Shown: positions 7,996 through 16,218 of the stretch, in pieces
How the letters are laid out: the number at the start of each line of letters is the position of its first letter
Numbering within the stretch: the stretch's first letter is position 1
Origin: a virus
Lineage: Duplodnaviria > Caudoviricetes
Strand: one strand, 5' to 3'
Length of the DNA stretch: 31,803 bases
Virus record (IMG/VR): IMGVR_UViG_3300022934_000097
Coordinates: 1 to 31,803 of that record
Program-made: the position numbers and the translations under genes
The notes under the pieces: generated by a model
What the model was told of the DNA's origin: nothing
The model's input: only the letters and a program-made list of their open reading frames with translations
The model's database searches: none

Positions 7996-9964
7996 TTATC
8001 ATCCCCAGGGTCTGCCTGAGACGCTGCTGCGCGATTTGCTGGGCCTGAATATCCTGCTGGGCCTGGGCAAGCTCCATCTGCTCAACCTGGGCCTTGACTT
8101 GGTTTAACAGGGTCTTGCTTTCTTTTTCTTTCGCCGCCGCCTGCTCGTTTGCAATCTCAGCCTGCTTCATCGCCATCTCCATCTGCATGGCCTGCTGCTT
8201 GATTTGCATCTCCATCTGCTGAGACTGGTCCATCTGCTGCTTCTCGTCATCGTTTGGCTCGATGATCCCGGCCTTGATGCCCTGCTTCCTGACCCGCTCT
8301 ACAAGCTCGTCTGCCCCGACAAGATCCAGGGCCTTGAAGTAAATATCGGCACCGAGCTGCGCCATCTGCGGGTTTTGACCGAACAGCGTCCCGAGCTGCT
8401 CTGCCGTCTCTGTTCGTCGTGTGGAGAAGCTGGGCCCGGTGGTGACCTTGATGTCGTAGTGGCCCCGGTTGAGGTCGTTGATGATGACCGTCTCGCCCGT
8501 CTGTAGGTCCAGCACCGGCTTGTTGATCTGCTTGACCTCTTCGGCGTCGTCTGGCCCCAGGATGCGAATCTGGCGCTCTGTGTCGTAGATCTTGGGGATC
8601 ATGTCAATCATGATCTCGCCGGTGTACGAGATGCTCGAAACCAGCTCGTCGACAAACTCAAAGTTGGCGATGTTGCCCTGGAGCTGCCGCTCTCGAATGG
8701 CCCGTCCCGACGTCTCGTTTGATCGAGCGCCAAGACTTGCGTCGTAAATGCCCGTCGTCGACTTGATGTCGTCTGCGGAGATTTGTGACTCAGTCAACAA
8801 CGCAGGCGATGGCTGCGCCGGCGGCTCCCTGAACGGCTTCTGCCCGTTGTCAAAGTTGAACAGCAAGACAGGGTCGTTGGACGTCATCAGGTTGCGATAA
8901 CGCTCCTCGTGGCCCTTGATCATCGCAGGGGTTGCCATCAGCGGCTGCTTGGGCTGGAGGGCGGTTACCTCAATTTGTGTGCTGCGGGAATAGTTGTACA
9001 TCCTCTGGGCGTCCTTGGCCTTACGGACAATGCCCCTTGAGATGAAGGTCCCGTCGACGTTTGTCGTCTTCCCGAACAGCGGAATAAGCGGGATGTAGCG
9101 CCCGACGCACTCGTACTCTTCGAGGACCTCCAGTCCGGTGATTTTGTACCTCTCCAGCCTCCTTCCCTCGATGACTCGCTCTCGACCGAGGGTGATGCCC
9201 TTGAAGTTAAGCTCGTCGATGATGGGCTCGATTTCTTCATAGTCCACCACCTCGCCGGTTGACAGTTGAACCAGGCGGCGCTCTTCGGGAACTATCCTGA
9301 AGTAGTCTGCGACCCGGATGCTTTCCTCGCCAACCCATGAGCGTAAATTGCCAGTGCTTGAGAAGTCCTCGCCAAGCCCAGACTTAGCTTTTGGATAGAG
9401 CCGCTCAAACTCATCCTTTTCCATATCCTCAAACATGAAGCCGTAGCGGGCTTCTTTCAGGTCCTGGACCTGGATAATGGGGTCGATCAAGATTGAGAAG
9501 GGGTTCTTGATTTCTCGTATGATGATTTCCTGGTCAAGCGAGATGTCGTCCACGTAGTCGTGGTCGATCATCCAGCACCCCCAGCCGCCCTTAACCGCGA
9601 ACTTGAACGCGGTCTTGTAGGCCCTGTTGCCTCTCTGCTCAATCTGCCTGATCAGACCCTCAAAGATCTCTGCCGTGTCGGAGTCGCCCTCCTCTGCGCC
9701 CCTGACCTTCACGCCTGGAAGCATTTGAAGCTGCTGACCAACAATCTGGTCCACCGCGCCTGAGACCTTGTCAAAGGTTAAACAAGGGCGATTGACCCGC
9801 GCCATCTTGGCTGATGGGTCCCACTGGCCGTCTTCTTCATCAACGAATGAGATGTCATCCAGGGCAGCCTGGTACACGTCTTCCCACGCATCAGCGGCAA
9901 TGTCGAAGCGATCAAGCGCCTCGTCGATAATTGCCTGCCTTTGTTTTTTAGATTTGTTTACCAT
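7970..9964 (-). CDS. Portal protein, P22 gp1 family
   Basis: 664 aa; GQW...RPCLTFDK, GIVRKAKDAQRMYNY, NETSGRAI, YDTERQIRILG, YDIKVTTGPSFSTRR, Gln-rich helical barrel C-terminus. Confidence 0.93.
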   Translation of the reverse strand: MVNKSKKQRQAIIDEALDRFDIAADAWEDVYQAALDDISFVDEEDGQWDPSAKMARVNRPCLTFDKVSGAVDQIVGQQLQMLPGVKVRGAEEGDSDTAEIFEGLIRQIEQRGNRAYKTAFKFAVKGGWGCWMIDHDYVDDISLDQEIIIREIKNPFSILIDPIIQVQDLKEARYGFMFEDMEKDEFERLYPKAKSGLGEDFSSTGNLRSWVGEESIRVADYFRIVPEERRLVQLSTGEVVDYEEIEPIIDELNFKGITLGRERVIEGRRLERYKITGLEVLEEYECVGRYIPLIPLFGKTTNVDGTFISRGIVRKAKDAQRMYNYSRSTQIEVTALQPKQPLMATPAMIKGHEERYRNLMTSNDPVLLFNFDNGQKPFREPPAQPSPALLTESQISADDIKSTTGIYDASLGARSNETSGRAIRERQLQGNIANFEFVDELVSSISYTGEIMIDMIPKIYDTERQIRILGPDDAEEVKQINKPVLDLQTGETVIINDLNRGHYDIKVTTGPSFSTRRTETAEQLGTLFGQNPQMAQLGADIYFKALDLVGADELVERVRKQGIKAGIIEPNDDEKQQMDQSQQMEMQIKQQAMQMEMAMKQAEIANEQAAAKEKESKTLLNQVKAQVEQMELAQAQQDIQAQQIAQQRLRQTLGMINAQRPPFN

Positions 9965-11244
9965 TCTGAGCTGAAGTCCAAGTCAATTGATTCAACCTCC
10001 TCCTCATATCCCTGGGCGAACATCCGAAACGCATCCGCGCCGTTAGATGCCCAGTTGTGGAGGGGGGATTGTCTGAAAGTGTCGTAGCGCTCGTCCCACA
10101 CGTATTGATAGTTAGCCAGGGCGTTTAACCCGACCTCACAGTTTTCTGCGTGGAAGAAGCACTTGCTGAATTTGTCGCGCACCATGGCGATGCCGTTTTC
10201 GACCGAGTCGATGCGTGGAACAATCCTGGAAGGTGAAACGCCCAGCCCTTCAAGAATTTCCCGCCGTGATCTGTTGTTAGATCCAAGCACCCGATGCTCT
10301 GCGTCGTGGGGAAGGTAGTGCGTCCCGTAGACGTAGTCCTTCTCTCTCAGGACGTTGGCGTAGTGATCTAGGTCAACCAGCCGGTGCTCGTAGTAGTCGA
10401 TGAATCGGTAGGCCATCCCGACGTGCTGCATAAACCAGATGGCGGTGGTGTCGTTCCTGCCAAGGTCCCAGAAGGTGTGGACAGGCGCAGACTCAATCGG
10501 GAGCCAGTCTATTCTCTTCTCGTCCCTGGCCTTCTTCAGTTGCTTGGCGTAGATCGCGCCGTCAGCGAACTGCTTGAGTTCTCCCTCGTAGACGTGGAGA
10601 TACTCCTCGTAATCGTACTCCTTGAGGTGCTCCATCTCGTCTTTCAACTCGCGGGTCACCCAAGGGTTGTCACGCCAGCTCACTTTCTTGACGACGCTAT
10701 TCGGGGGCTCGTTCATCACAAACCTCTGAAACACCGGGTCGCTCTTCAGCGCTGGGTTGAATGATGCCCATATCTCGCTGCCCTCCTTCCTGATGGACGG
10801 GATCAGCGTTCGCCAGGAGTTCTCAGACACCACGTTGGCCTCTTCGATCCACACGTAGTCAATGGCCTCAATCGACTTGATGTTGTCGACGTTCTGCCAG
10901 AGGCCGGCGAATATGACCTGGGTACCGTTGCGTCCCCGGATCTCGTTCTGCTGGACCTGGTAGAAGTTGTGCAGCCCGAGCGCCTTGATCCTGTCAACCA
11001 GGAGGGAGTGGACAGAGTCTCTGATCGATCTCTGGATCTCCCTGGCGCAGAGTATGCGCTTAGGCTTTGGCCCCGCCCCGAGAAGCAGCAGCGCCGTAGC
11101 AAACGCCCAAGACTTGCCAGAACCGCGCCCGCCCCAGTAGATCTTGTATCTGGCTGGCGGCAGAAGCTCCTTGAAGGCCTTGGGTAGGGATATGCTATTC
11201 CCAGTTGATTTCGTAGGCTGCGATTGCGATTGGTGCATCTTCAT
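9958..11244 (-). CDS. terL: Terminase large subunit (true start uncertain)
   Basis: Walker A WGGRGSGKS, CAREIQRSIRDSV, Walker B WIEEA, SFNP, nuclease domain WDLGRND and C-terminal NGADAFR. Confidence 0.93.
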   Translation of the reverse strand: MKMHQSQSQPTKSTGNSISLPKAFKELLPPARYKIYWGGRGSGKSWAFATALLLLGAGPKPKRILCAREIQRSIRDSVHSLLVDRIKALGLHNFYQVQQNEIRGRNGTQVIFAGLWQNVDNIKSIEAIDYVWIEEANVVSENSWRTLIPSIRKEGSEIWASFNPALKSDPVFQRFVMNEPPNSVVKKVSWRDNPWVTRELKDEMEHLKEYDYEEYLHVYEGELKQFADGAIYAKQLKKARDEKRIDWLPIESAPVHTFWDLGRNDTTAIWFMQHVGMAYRFIDYYEHRLVDLDHYANVLREKDYVYGTHYLPHDAEHRVLGSNNRSRREILEGLGVSPSRIVPRIDSVENGIAMVRDKFSKCFFHAENCEVGLNALANYQYVWDERYDTFRQSPLHNWASNGADAFRMFAQGYEEEVESIDLDFSSEW

Positions 11245-11476
11245 CGCCTGTGTGCTCTACCGATTTCAGGTCTGGGAGGTACTTGCTGATCAGCTTCAGC
11301 TTGGTGTCCAACACGACCTTGTAGCGGGCCAGGTCGTTTGAGTCTAAGTCCCGCTTGAGATCTTTTATTTCATCAAGAATATCAACCACATGCTGAACAT
11401 GACCCTGGGCTGATAGCTGCTCCCTCAGAGCCTCCTGGCGAACCTGCTTATTCCTGGTCGCTGCCGTCGTTCCCAT
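11195..11476 (-). CDS. Probable terminase small subunit
   Basis: 93 aa directly upstream of and overlapping terL; KYLPDLKSVEHTG C-terminal motif typical of small terminases. Confidence 0.7.
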   Translation of the reverse strand: MGTTAATRNKQVRQEALREQLSAQGHVQHVVDILDEIKDLKRDLDSNDLARYKVVLDTKLKLISKYLPDLKSVEHTGDEDAPIAIAAYEINWE

Positions 11477-11687
11477 CTGATTTTTCCGAGTCTGCTGCCT
11501 CTGATTTTTCTTTTTCAGCCTTCAACGCTTCTAGTTCTTTCGTTAGCGCATCAACCTTGTTCATCGCACCCGCGAGCCTGCCCGCCAAGATGGCGTTCTC
11601 GTTTTGCGCTGCGTTGCGCTGGCTCTGACAAAAGTCATACGCCGCCACAAGCTCCTGGACAGTCAGGCCTTGATTTTCCTCACTCAT
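11448..11687 (-). CDS. Small coiled-coil protein
   Basis: 79 aa with GAGGGG RBS and a heptad pattern. Confidence 0.7.
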   Translation of the reverse strand: MSEENQGLTVQELVAAYDFCQSQRNAAQNENAILAGRLAGAMNKVDALTKELEALKAEKEKSEAADSEKSDGNDGSDQE

Positions 11688-11696
11688 ATTCCCCTC

Positions 11697-12032
11697 CTAC
11701 TGGGTTGATCTGTACTCTGGGTCCTGCACCACGATTTCGAGGTACTGGATTTCTTCCTTGCCGTCGGCATAGGTTGCCTTTACTTTTGCGAGCCCTTGCC
11801 CGCTGTAGTCTGCTGAAACGTAAAAAGTTGCCACCCCGCTGCTGACCGAGGGGGTGGTTAGTGTTAGTGCGCGTGGTCCTTTAGATTCTGCTGAAACTGA
11901 AGACACAGTCGTGCCTCGATCAGACGCAGAAAGGCTGAAGTCCACAACGTATGGGATATCGGACTCAATGGCCTGCGTGAAACGCTGGGGCTCATAGTCT
12001 CGCCTTCTGGGGTTGACCAAAACTCTTCTCAT
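11697..12032 (-). CDS. Hypothetical beta-rich protein (possible virion accessory)
   Basis: 111 aa ORF in the late operon, Ser/Thr/Val-rich. Confidence 0.65.
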   Translation of the reverse strand: MRRVLVNPRRRDYEPQRFTQAIESDIPYVVDFSLSASDRGTTVSSVSAESKGPRALTLTTPSVSSGVATFYVSADYSGQGLAKVKATYADGKEEIQYLEIVVQDPEYRSTQ

Positions 12033-12050
12033 AAATTCAGTTCCGTTGAT

Positions 12051-12110
12051 AAAACCCCCGTAGAAGGGGGAAAGAGACGTCGAGGGTTGTTGGAGGGGTT
12101 ACGCCTCTTT
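12051..12110 (-). ncRNA. Candidate structured RNA: 10-bp stem with C-rich loop, followed by terminator hairpin
   Basis: Minus strand AAAGAGGCGU [AACCCCUCCAACAACCCUCG] ACGUCUCUUU, then CCCCC-UUCUAC-GGGGG-UUUU. Confidence 0.4.
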
Positions 12111-12111
12111 T

Positions 12112-12429
12112 TTAGCTTTTCTTGTAAGCGAATAGCTTATCGACCCCGAAAACGGCGAAGGTGACGGTGATGAAGCCGCCCACGTACCACTCGGGGAGTT
12201 TTTCAAGGTGCTGGAACCCAAGCGCCGCGTAATCTTGCAGGCCCGGTATAAAGCTCAAGATGAATGGTGCCGACCAGATCAGGATAAGGAACTCGTCTGA
12301 ATAGCCTGGTATGCCGTTGGTCAGCCGCTGTACTTTCAGCTCTGCCTTTGCCGCAGAAACCTTTTGCCTATTTTCTAAAAACCCGCTTACAAGCGGCCCG
12401 GCAACCTTGAACAAAGCGCCGAGCATCAA
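12112..12429 (-). CDS. Holin-like membrane protein
   Basis: 105 aa with 2-3 hydrophobic segments and a basic C-terminus; overlaps the endolysin stop. Confidence 0.7.
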   Translation of the reverse strand: MMLGALFKVAGPLVSGFLENRQKVSAAKAELKVQRLTNGIPGYSDEFLILIWSAPFILSFIPGLQDYAALGFQHLEKLPEWYVGGFITVTFAVFGVDKLFAYKKS

Positions 12430-12794
12430 TAGGTCCAGATGAGTGATCGACGGTCGGGATCGACATCGACGTGGATAAAGCGTCCCTCACCTTTCTGGTG
12501 GACTCCCACACCCCCGACATCCAGACTAAACGCCACCGCAGCCACTTCTCGAGCCTGTCGATGCGAAACAGCAAGGTCTGCTGCCACTCCCTTGCAGTGC
12601 GTACCAGTGCCCGGCTTGCTTTTGATGCGCTCAACAGGGTGGTTACGGCACCGAAAACCGCTTGAAACAGCAAGCGAATAGCCAACCTCGTCCCGTATAG
12701 CCTGGCAAATGTCAATGATCGAGTCACTGATTTCATTGCTGCCGCAGCCGCACTTACAGGCAAATTCATCTCTGGTGAAGTTTTTCCAAGACAT
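12426..12794 (-). CDS. Endolysin, peptidase M15A (D-Ala-D-Ala-type Zn peptidase)
   Basis: MSWKNFTRDEFACKCGCG, SSGFRC, H-x6-D (HCKGVAAD) and FIHVD; start reassigned to ATG 12794. Confidence 0.9.
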   Translation of the reverse strand: MSWKNFTRDEFACKCGCGSNEISDSIIDICQAIRDEVGYSLAVSSGFRCRNHPVERIKSKPGTGTHCKGVAADLAVSHRQAREVAAVAFSLDVGGVGVHQKGEGRFIHVDVDPDRRSLIWTY

Positions 12795-12818
12795 AAAAAA
12801 AGGGCCCCGCAGGCCCTC
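12795..12818 (-). terminator. tR'-like terminator ahead of lysis genes
   Basis: Minus strand AGGGCC-TGCGG-GGCCCT followed by a T run abutting the endolysin ATG. Confidence 0.7.
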
Positions 12819-12846
12819 ACAAGTTAGATTTATCGCATTGTGGTGG

Positions 12847-12875
12847 AATCTATCAAATCCAGGGCGACCTTGCAA
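12847..12875 (-). promoter_or_regulatory. pR'-like late promoter
   Basis: TTGCAA (12875-12870) -17 bp- TAGATT (12852-12847), followed by a -10-like CACAAT near +1 and a terminator about 45 nt later. Confidence 0.6.
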
Positions 12876-12918
12876 GCATTTATTTGTCGCCAATTACCCA
12901 CGGGGGGTCATTGCGTAA

Positions 12919-12954
12919 CACCGCATTTGCGGTGACGACTACCGCAGTTGCGGT
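12919..12954. repeat. Tandem pair of palindromes ACCGCA-NN-TGCGGT (operator-like)
   Basis: CACCGCATTTGCGGTG 12919-12934 and ACCGCAGTTGCGGT 12941-12954, 21 bp periodicity. Confidence 0.65.
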
Positions 12955-12985
12955 GAAATTATTTGCAAATTAATTCACAAAACAC

Positions 12986-13014
12986 TTGCATCGTGACCGG
13001 TCACAGTGTAATCT
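12986..13014 (+). promoter_or_regulatory. Sigma70-type promoter of moron-like cassette with palindromic operator
   Basis: TTGCAT -17 bp- TAATCT with perfect palindrome GTGACCGGTCAC (12993-13004) in the spacer; AT-rich upstream. Confidence 0.7.
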
Positions 13015-13045
13015 GTACTTGTAAATCGAAAACACGGAGAAAGAC

Positions 13046-13291
13046 ATGAGTTTAGAAGCAGGTAAGTCAATCCTCGTCAACCAACCCGAGTCACACTTTG
13101 TTGTGGCTGGCGAAGAAGCGGCGCTGATCACGCACGTTACGGAAGGACACTCGTCAGAGGCGCTGCCTAACCATTCGCTTTGTTATATCGAGTGGGTTAA
13201 TCGACCGATGCGCCATCAAGCCAACGGATCTTTCCGGCCTTACACGCAGGTATGGGTTCCTAATGACATTAAAACTATTGACGCGGCGTAA
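13046..13291 (+). CDS. Hypothetical protein (moron-like cassette gene 1)
   Basis: 81 aa, GGAG RBS, just downstream of the promoter. Confidence 0.75.
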   Translation: MSLEAGKSILVNQPESHFVVAGEEAALITHVTEGHSSEALPNHSLCYIEWVNRPMRHQANGSFRPYTQVWVPNDIKTIDAA

Positions 13292-13310
13292 GCCGCTAAG
13301 GAGCGACGGG

Positions 13311-13694
13311 ATGGCGGTCAACAGAGCAGAGTATTACTGGCGTCAAGGATGGATGTCTGACGATTTTATCGAGAATCTTGCAAGGCGTTACCTGGGAGAC
13401 GAGGTTGTTGACTCGCTTCCGTGTTACGTCAGAGGCAAGAGAAAAGGTAAGCTGAAGGGTCAGCTTGAATGGGTGAAGGTTGCCAAGCAGGGCTGGTGTC
13501 GAACCGGGGGTCGCACTGATGATGGTTATGCTGCTGGGTTTGTAGAGTTTAGGCTCGACACTATCATCAAGGTTGAGTTAGTAATGCCTGTTTGGGGTAA
13601 AAATCCAGAAGTCATTGCTTCTTGGGATTGGGATCTACGTTACTTCAGAAACCGTTGCGACGTTAAGACAATCATTCACAAAGCGGCGGCGTAA
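13311..13694 (+). CDS. Hypothetical protein (cassette gene 2)
   Basis: Track ORF 13263..13694; AAGGAG at 13298 favours ATG 13311. Confidence 0.7.
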   Translation: MAVNRAEYYWRQGWMSDDFIENLARRYLGDEVVDSLPCYVRGKRKGKLKGQLEWVKVAKQGWCRTGGRTDDGYAAGFVEFRLDTIIKVELVMPVWGKNPEVIASWDWDLRYFRNRCDVKTIIHKAAA

Positions 13695-13710
13695 TTCGCT
13701 TGGAGGGGCA

Positions 13711-13860
13711 ATGAAAACAGACGTTGAGCGAAAGGCTGCGGAGAGGGAGCGCAAGCGCAAGGCAGGATTGAAACGGGTTGAACTGTGGCTGACTGTTGAA
13801 GAGGAAAAGCAAGTCAGGGGCTTTGTCGAAAAAATTAGAAGCCCCTCTCCTCAAGCATGA
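13711..13860 (+). CDS. Small basic DNA-binding protein (ribbon-helix-helix/antitoxin-like)
   Basis: GGAGG RBS; MKTDVERKAAERERKRKAGLKRVELWL pattern typical of small phage regulators. Confidence 0.7.
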   Translation: MKTDVERKAAERERKRKAGLKRVELWLTVEEEKQVRGFVEKIRSPSPQA

Positions 13861-14245
13861 GCACCACCATGTCAAAAGCAGCGGCCTTGACCTGCTTGGC
13901 CTTGGTTTCTGACCAGGACAATTCTTTAGCCACCGCCTTAATGGTCCCCCGGAGGTAATACTCTTTCAGGGCGTGGAAATAGTCAGAGTGGACCTTCTTG
14001 ATGGCAAACATAATCTCGTCCATCACCGTGGCTTTAAACTCTGGAATGCGAGTGGTTGGCGAGCGCCTGGTTTCCTTGGCGGCTATTCGTTGCTTCAAAG
14101 AACGCGATCTGCCGCCAAGAGCCATAGCAAAATTACCGTCCAGCAAATTAACCGACGCGTAATCGCCCGCCCTCTCCGTGGCATATTCTCTTGCCCACTG
14201 CTCAAGCATTTCATCTGCCTTCTTGCGAAGCTCATCACTCGCCAT
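13835..14245 (-). CDS. Putative late-gene regulator (Q-like antiterminator with C-terminal HTH)
   Basis: LEQWA N-terminus, ALKEYYL and TIKAVAKELSWSETKAKQ HTH; last nin-region gene before the late promoter. Confidence 0.6.
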   Translation of the reverse strand: MASDELRKKADEMLEQWAREYATERAGDYASVNLLDGNFAMALGGRSRSLKQRIAAKETRRSPTTRIPEFKATVMDEIMFAIKKVHSDYFHALKEYYLRGTIKAVAKELSWSETKAKQVKAAAFDMVVLMLEERGF

Positions 14246-14513
14246 CGTCAAGGGCTCGATCAATATGGCGCTGGATCTGCTCACTGGTGACCTCCTTTGG
14301 TTGAACTTCCCGCTCGATCAAAATCTCAATGTAGTGAATGGCCTTTCTCAGCGCCTCAACGTCGTGAGACTTCTTCGAGGTCTTCCACCGGCACAGGTAC
14401 TTGATGGCGTTGCCCTCGCACCAGCCCAGCTCATTTTCTAAGATGAACTTTGTCGGTTGGATTTTTAGCGCCTGATAGTGGTCGCCGCCCACCTGCCTCT
14501 CAAACTGACTCAT
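14235..14513 (-). CDS. DUF3310 (SaV-like) protein
   Basis: QVGGDHY..IQP..FI....WCEGNAIKYLCRW...LRKAIHYIE signature; ATG 14513 with GGAGG RBS. Confidence 0.85.
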   Translation of the reverse strand: MSQFERQVGGDHYQALKIQPTKFILENELGWCEGNAIKYLCRWKTSKKSHDVEALRKAIHYIEILIEREVQPKEVTSEQIQRHIDRALDDGE

Positions 14514-15673
14514 GCCTCCTCCTCGGGGACTACGGTGACCCTTTGCACCTCGCCCCTCCGCTTGTGGTATGTAATCGCTCTTGCTGCTCTCCAACTAACC
14601 CACCCTCCACGAGCCGCGTATGCGTCCCTAGCGGCCAACGTCGGGTGTCTCTCTACAATGGCCCCGCCCGCCTCTGCCATATCTTGCTCGGCGTGGTGGT
14701 AGTGGCCAGTGTGGATGTAGGTGTACTTGCTGCTGCCCCACATCTCTCGGTAGCGAGGTTCTGACGCGAACAATGCAGGCAGGTCTTTGTTTTTCTTTTT
14801 GTGCCCGTGGTGAAAGCCCAGCATGATGTCGCCGTGTTGGTGCGCGTAGTATGGGAATGCGGTGTCGTCGACTTCGACTCGGTCATTGTTGGCAAACACG
14901 GTCTTGAGTGTTTTGCGTAGAAACACGCTGGAGGTGATGTCGTGGTTGCCCTCGCAAACGATCACCTTGACCCGCAGGTGCTTTTTTAGAAGCTCGTTGA
15001 TAGATGACAGGGCCAGATTGATGGACAGCTCCACCAGCTTCTCCAGGCGCGTGTCAGCGTCTAAAAGGTGACCGCTGGTCGGCGTAACCGCCTCCAGAGA
15101 GTCAAAGTGTTGCCAGTCGCCTTGCAGGTTGAAGATTGCGGTCTCTGACGACGGGCTTGCCTCCATCATCTGCGACAGCGCAGTCCACAATGTTTTCTCA
15201 GCAATTTTGACGTCCCAGTCTGCGCCGGTCTCTTTTGCTTGCGCCAGCGCCCCCAGGTGGTAGTCAGTGAACGTGTACAGCGTCAGGAGATCGAGGTCGT
15301 TGTGCTGCGGGGCTTTAACGATTGGCAGGGGCTTAATGCCTTGCACAAGCTCCTCGACAACGTTATTAAATGCCTCGACCTTGTCTTCCAGGTCAGGTGA
15401 ACTTTTCACCCACTGCAATCGAACCCTGCCATCCTCGTCGTAGAGTGTGGAGGCACCCTTCAGCATTTGATTCGACCCAACCGGGTGGGTCAGATCTCTC
15501 GCGGGATCGAAGCCCTTCTTGCTGGCGTTTCTCTTGACCCTGGCAAGGGTCTGGTAAACGGCCCGCTCAGAGATGTCCAACGTCCTGGCGATCTTGCCTT
15601 TGGGGATGCCCTCGTCGTGCAGCTTTGCAATCTTTTGCTGCGTCGGAGTCTCCGCGAAATCACTCAGCTTCAT
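14510..15673 (-). CDS. HTH-fused calcineurin-like metallophosphoesterase
   Basis: N-terminal HTH (KGKIARTLDISERAVYQ); motifs DYH, GD, GNHD, HHGH, GHYHH; start ATG 15673. Confidence 0.85.
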   Translation of the reverse strand: MKLSDFAETPTQQKIAKLHDEGIPKGKIARTLDISERAVYQTLARVKRNASKKGFDPARDLTHPVGSNQMLKGASTLYDEDGRVRLQWVKSSPDLEDKVEAFNNVVEELVQGIKPLPIVKAPQHNDLDLLTLYTFTDYHLGALAQAKETGADWDVKIAEKTLWTALSQMMEASPSSETAIFNLQGDWQHFDSLEAVTPTSGHLLDADTRLEKLVELSINLALSSINELLKKHLRVKVIVCEGNHDITSSVFLRKTLKTVFANNDRVEVDDTAFPYYAHQHGDIMLGFHHGHKKKNKDLPALFASEPRYREMWGSSKYTYIHTGHYHHAEQDMAEAGGAIVERHPTLAARDAYAARGGWVSWRAARAITYHKRRGEVQRVTVVPEEEA

Positions 15674-15911
15674 CGATAAAAAACTCAAGCATGGAAAGTC
15701 TGACCGCCTCAGAAAAAAGGTGGCCAGCCATAGACCTGACGTCGTCAAGCTCGCCGGCAGCCAGTGTGCCCATTGAGTAGCCTTCGCCGTCGATTGACTC
15801 AAACGCACACACGAACCCCGCAAGCTGGTTTTTGTCTGCCAGGTCCATCAGGACCTTCAGCCCCTTCTTTGCGTCACGAGCCCACTTCTGGTGAGGTGTC
15901 ACTTCGCCCAT
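15660..15911 (-). CDS. Hypothetical protein
   Basis: 83 aa, AAGGAG RBS, overlaps both neighbours in the operon. Confidence 0.65.
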   Translation of the reverse strand: MGEVTPHQKWARDAKKGLKVLMDLADKNQLAGFVCAFESIDGEGYSMGTLAAGELDDVRSMAGHLFSEAVRLSMLEFFIDEAE

Positions 15912-16218
15912 CGAGATACTCCTTTATCCAACTGATGGCCCTGCCCTTCCTGACGTCGTCTGACGTAAAAAAGACAGGCGTGTAACCCTCCAGCACCAGC
16001 AACTGCATTTTTTCGCAGTCCCGCTGGTAACCCTTCCCGCTCGTGTGACCGCCTCTGCTGCCCTTCCAGATCCCTCCTTGAACCTCAATGGCAAGCTCGT
16101 CGATCACAAAGTCCCACTTAAACTTTCTCTGCGGGATAATTCGCTTCTCCCGCTCAAACTCTATTTTTTTCTCCTTAAGGTGCTGCGCGAGCAACTCCTC
16201 TACTTCTGACTTACGCAA
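15874..16218 (-). CDS. PD-(D/E)XK endonuclease (DUF559/Vsr-like)
   Basis: RKFKWDF...LAIEVQGG.W..G.H....GYQRDCEK motif. Confidence 0.8.
   Translation of the reverse strand: MRKSEVEELLAQHLKEKKIEFEREKRIIPQRKFKWDFVIDELAIEVQGGIWKGSRGGHTSGKGYQRDCEKMQLLVLEGYTPVFFTSDDVRKGRAISWIKEYLDGRSDTSPEVGS

Noticed and set aside
12795-12893. N-terminal extension of the endolysin in the ORF track
   Set aside because: It runs through the promoter and terminator; the family-typical start is ATG 12794.
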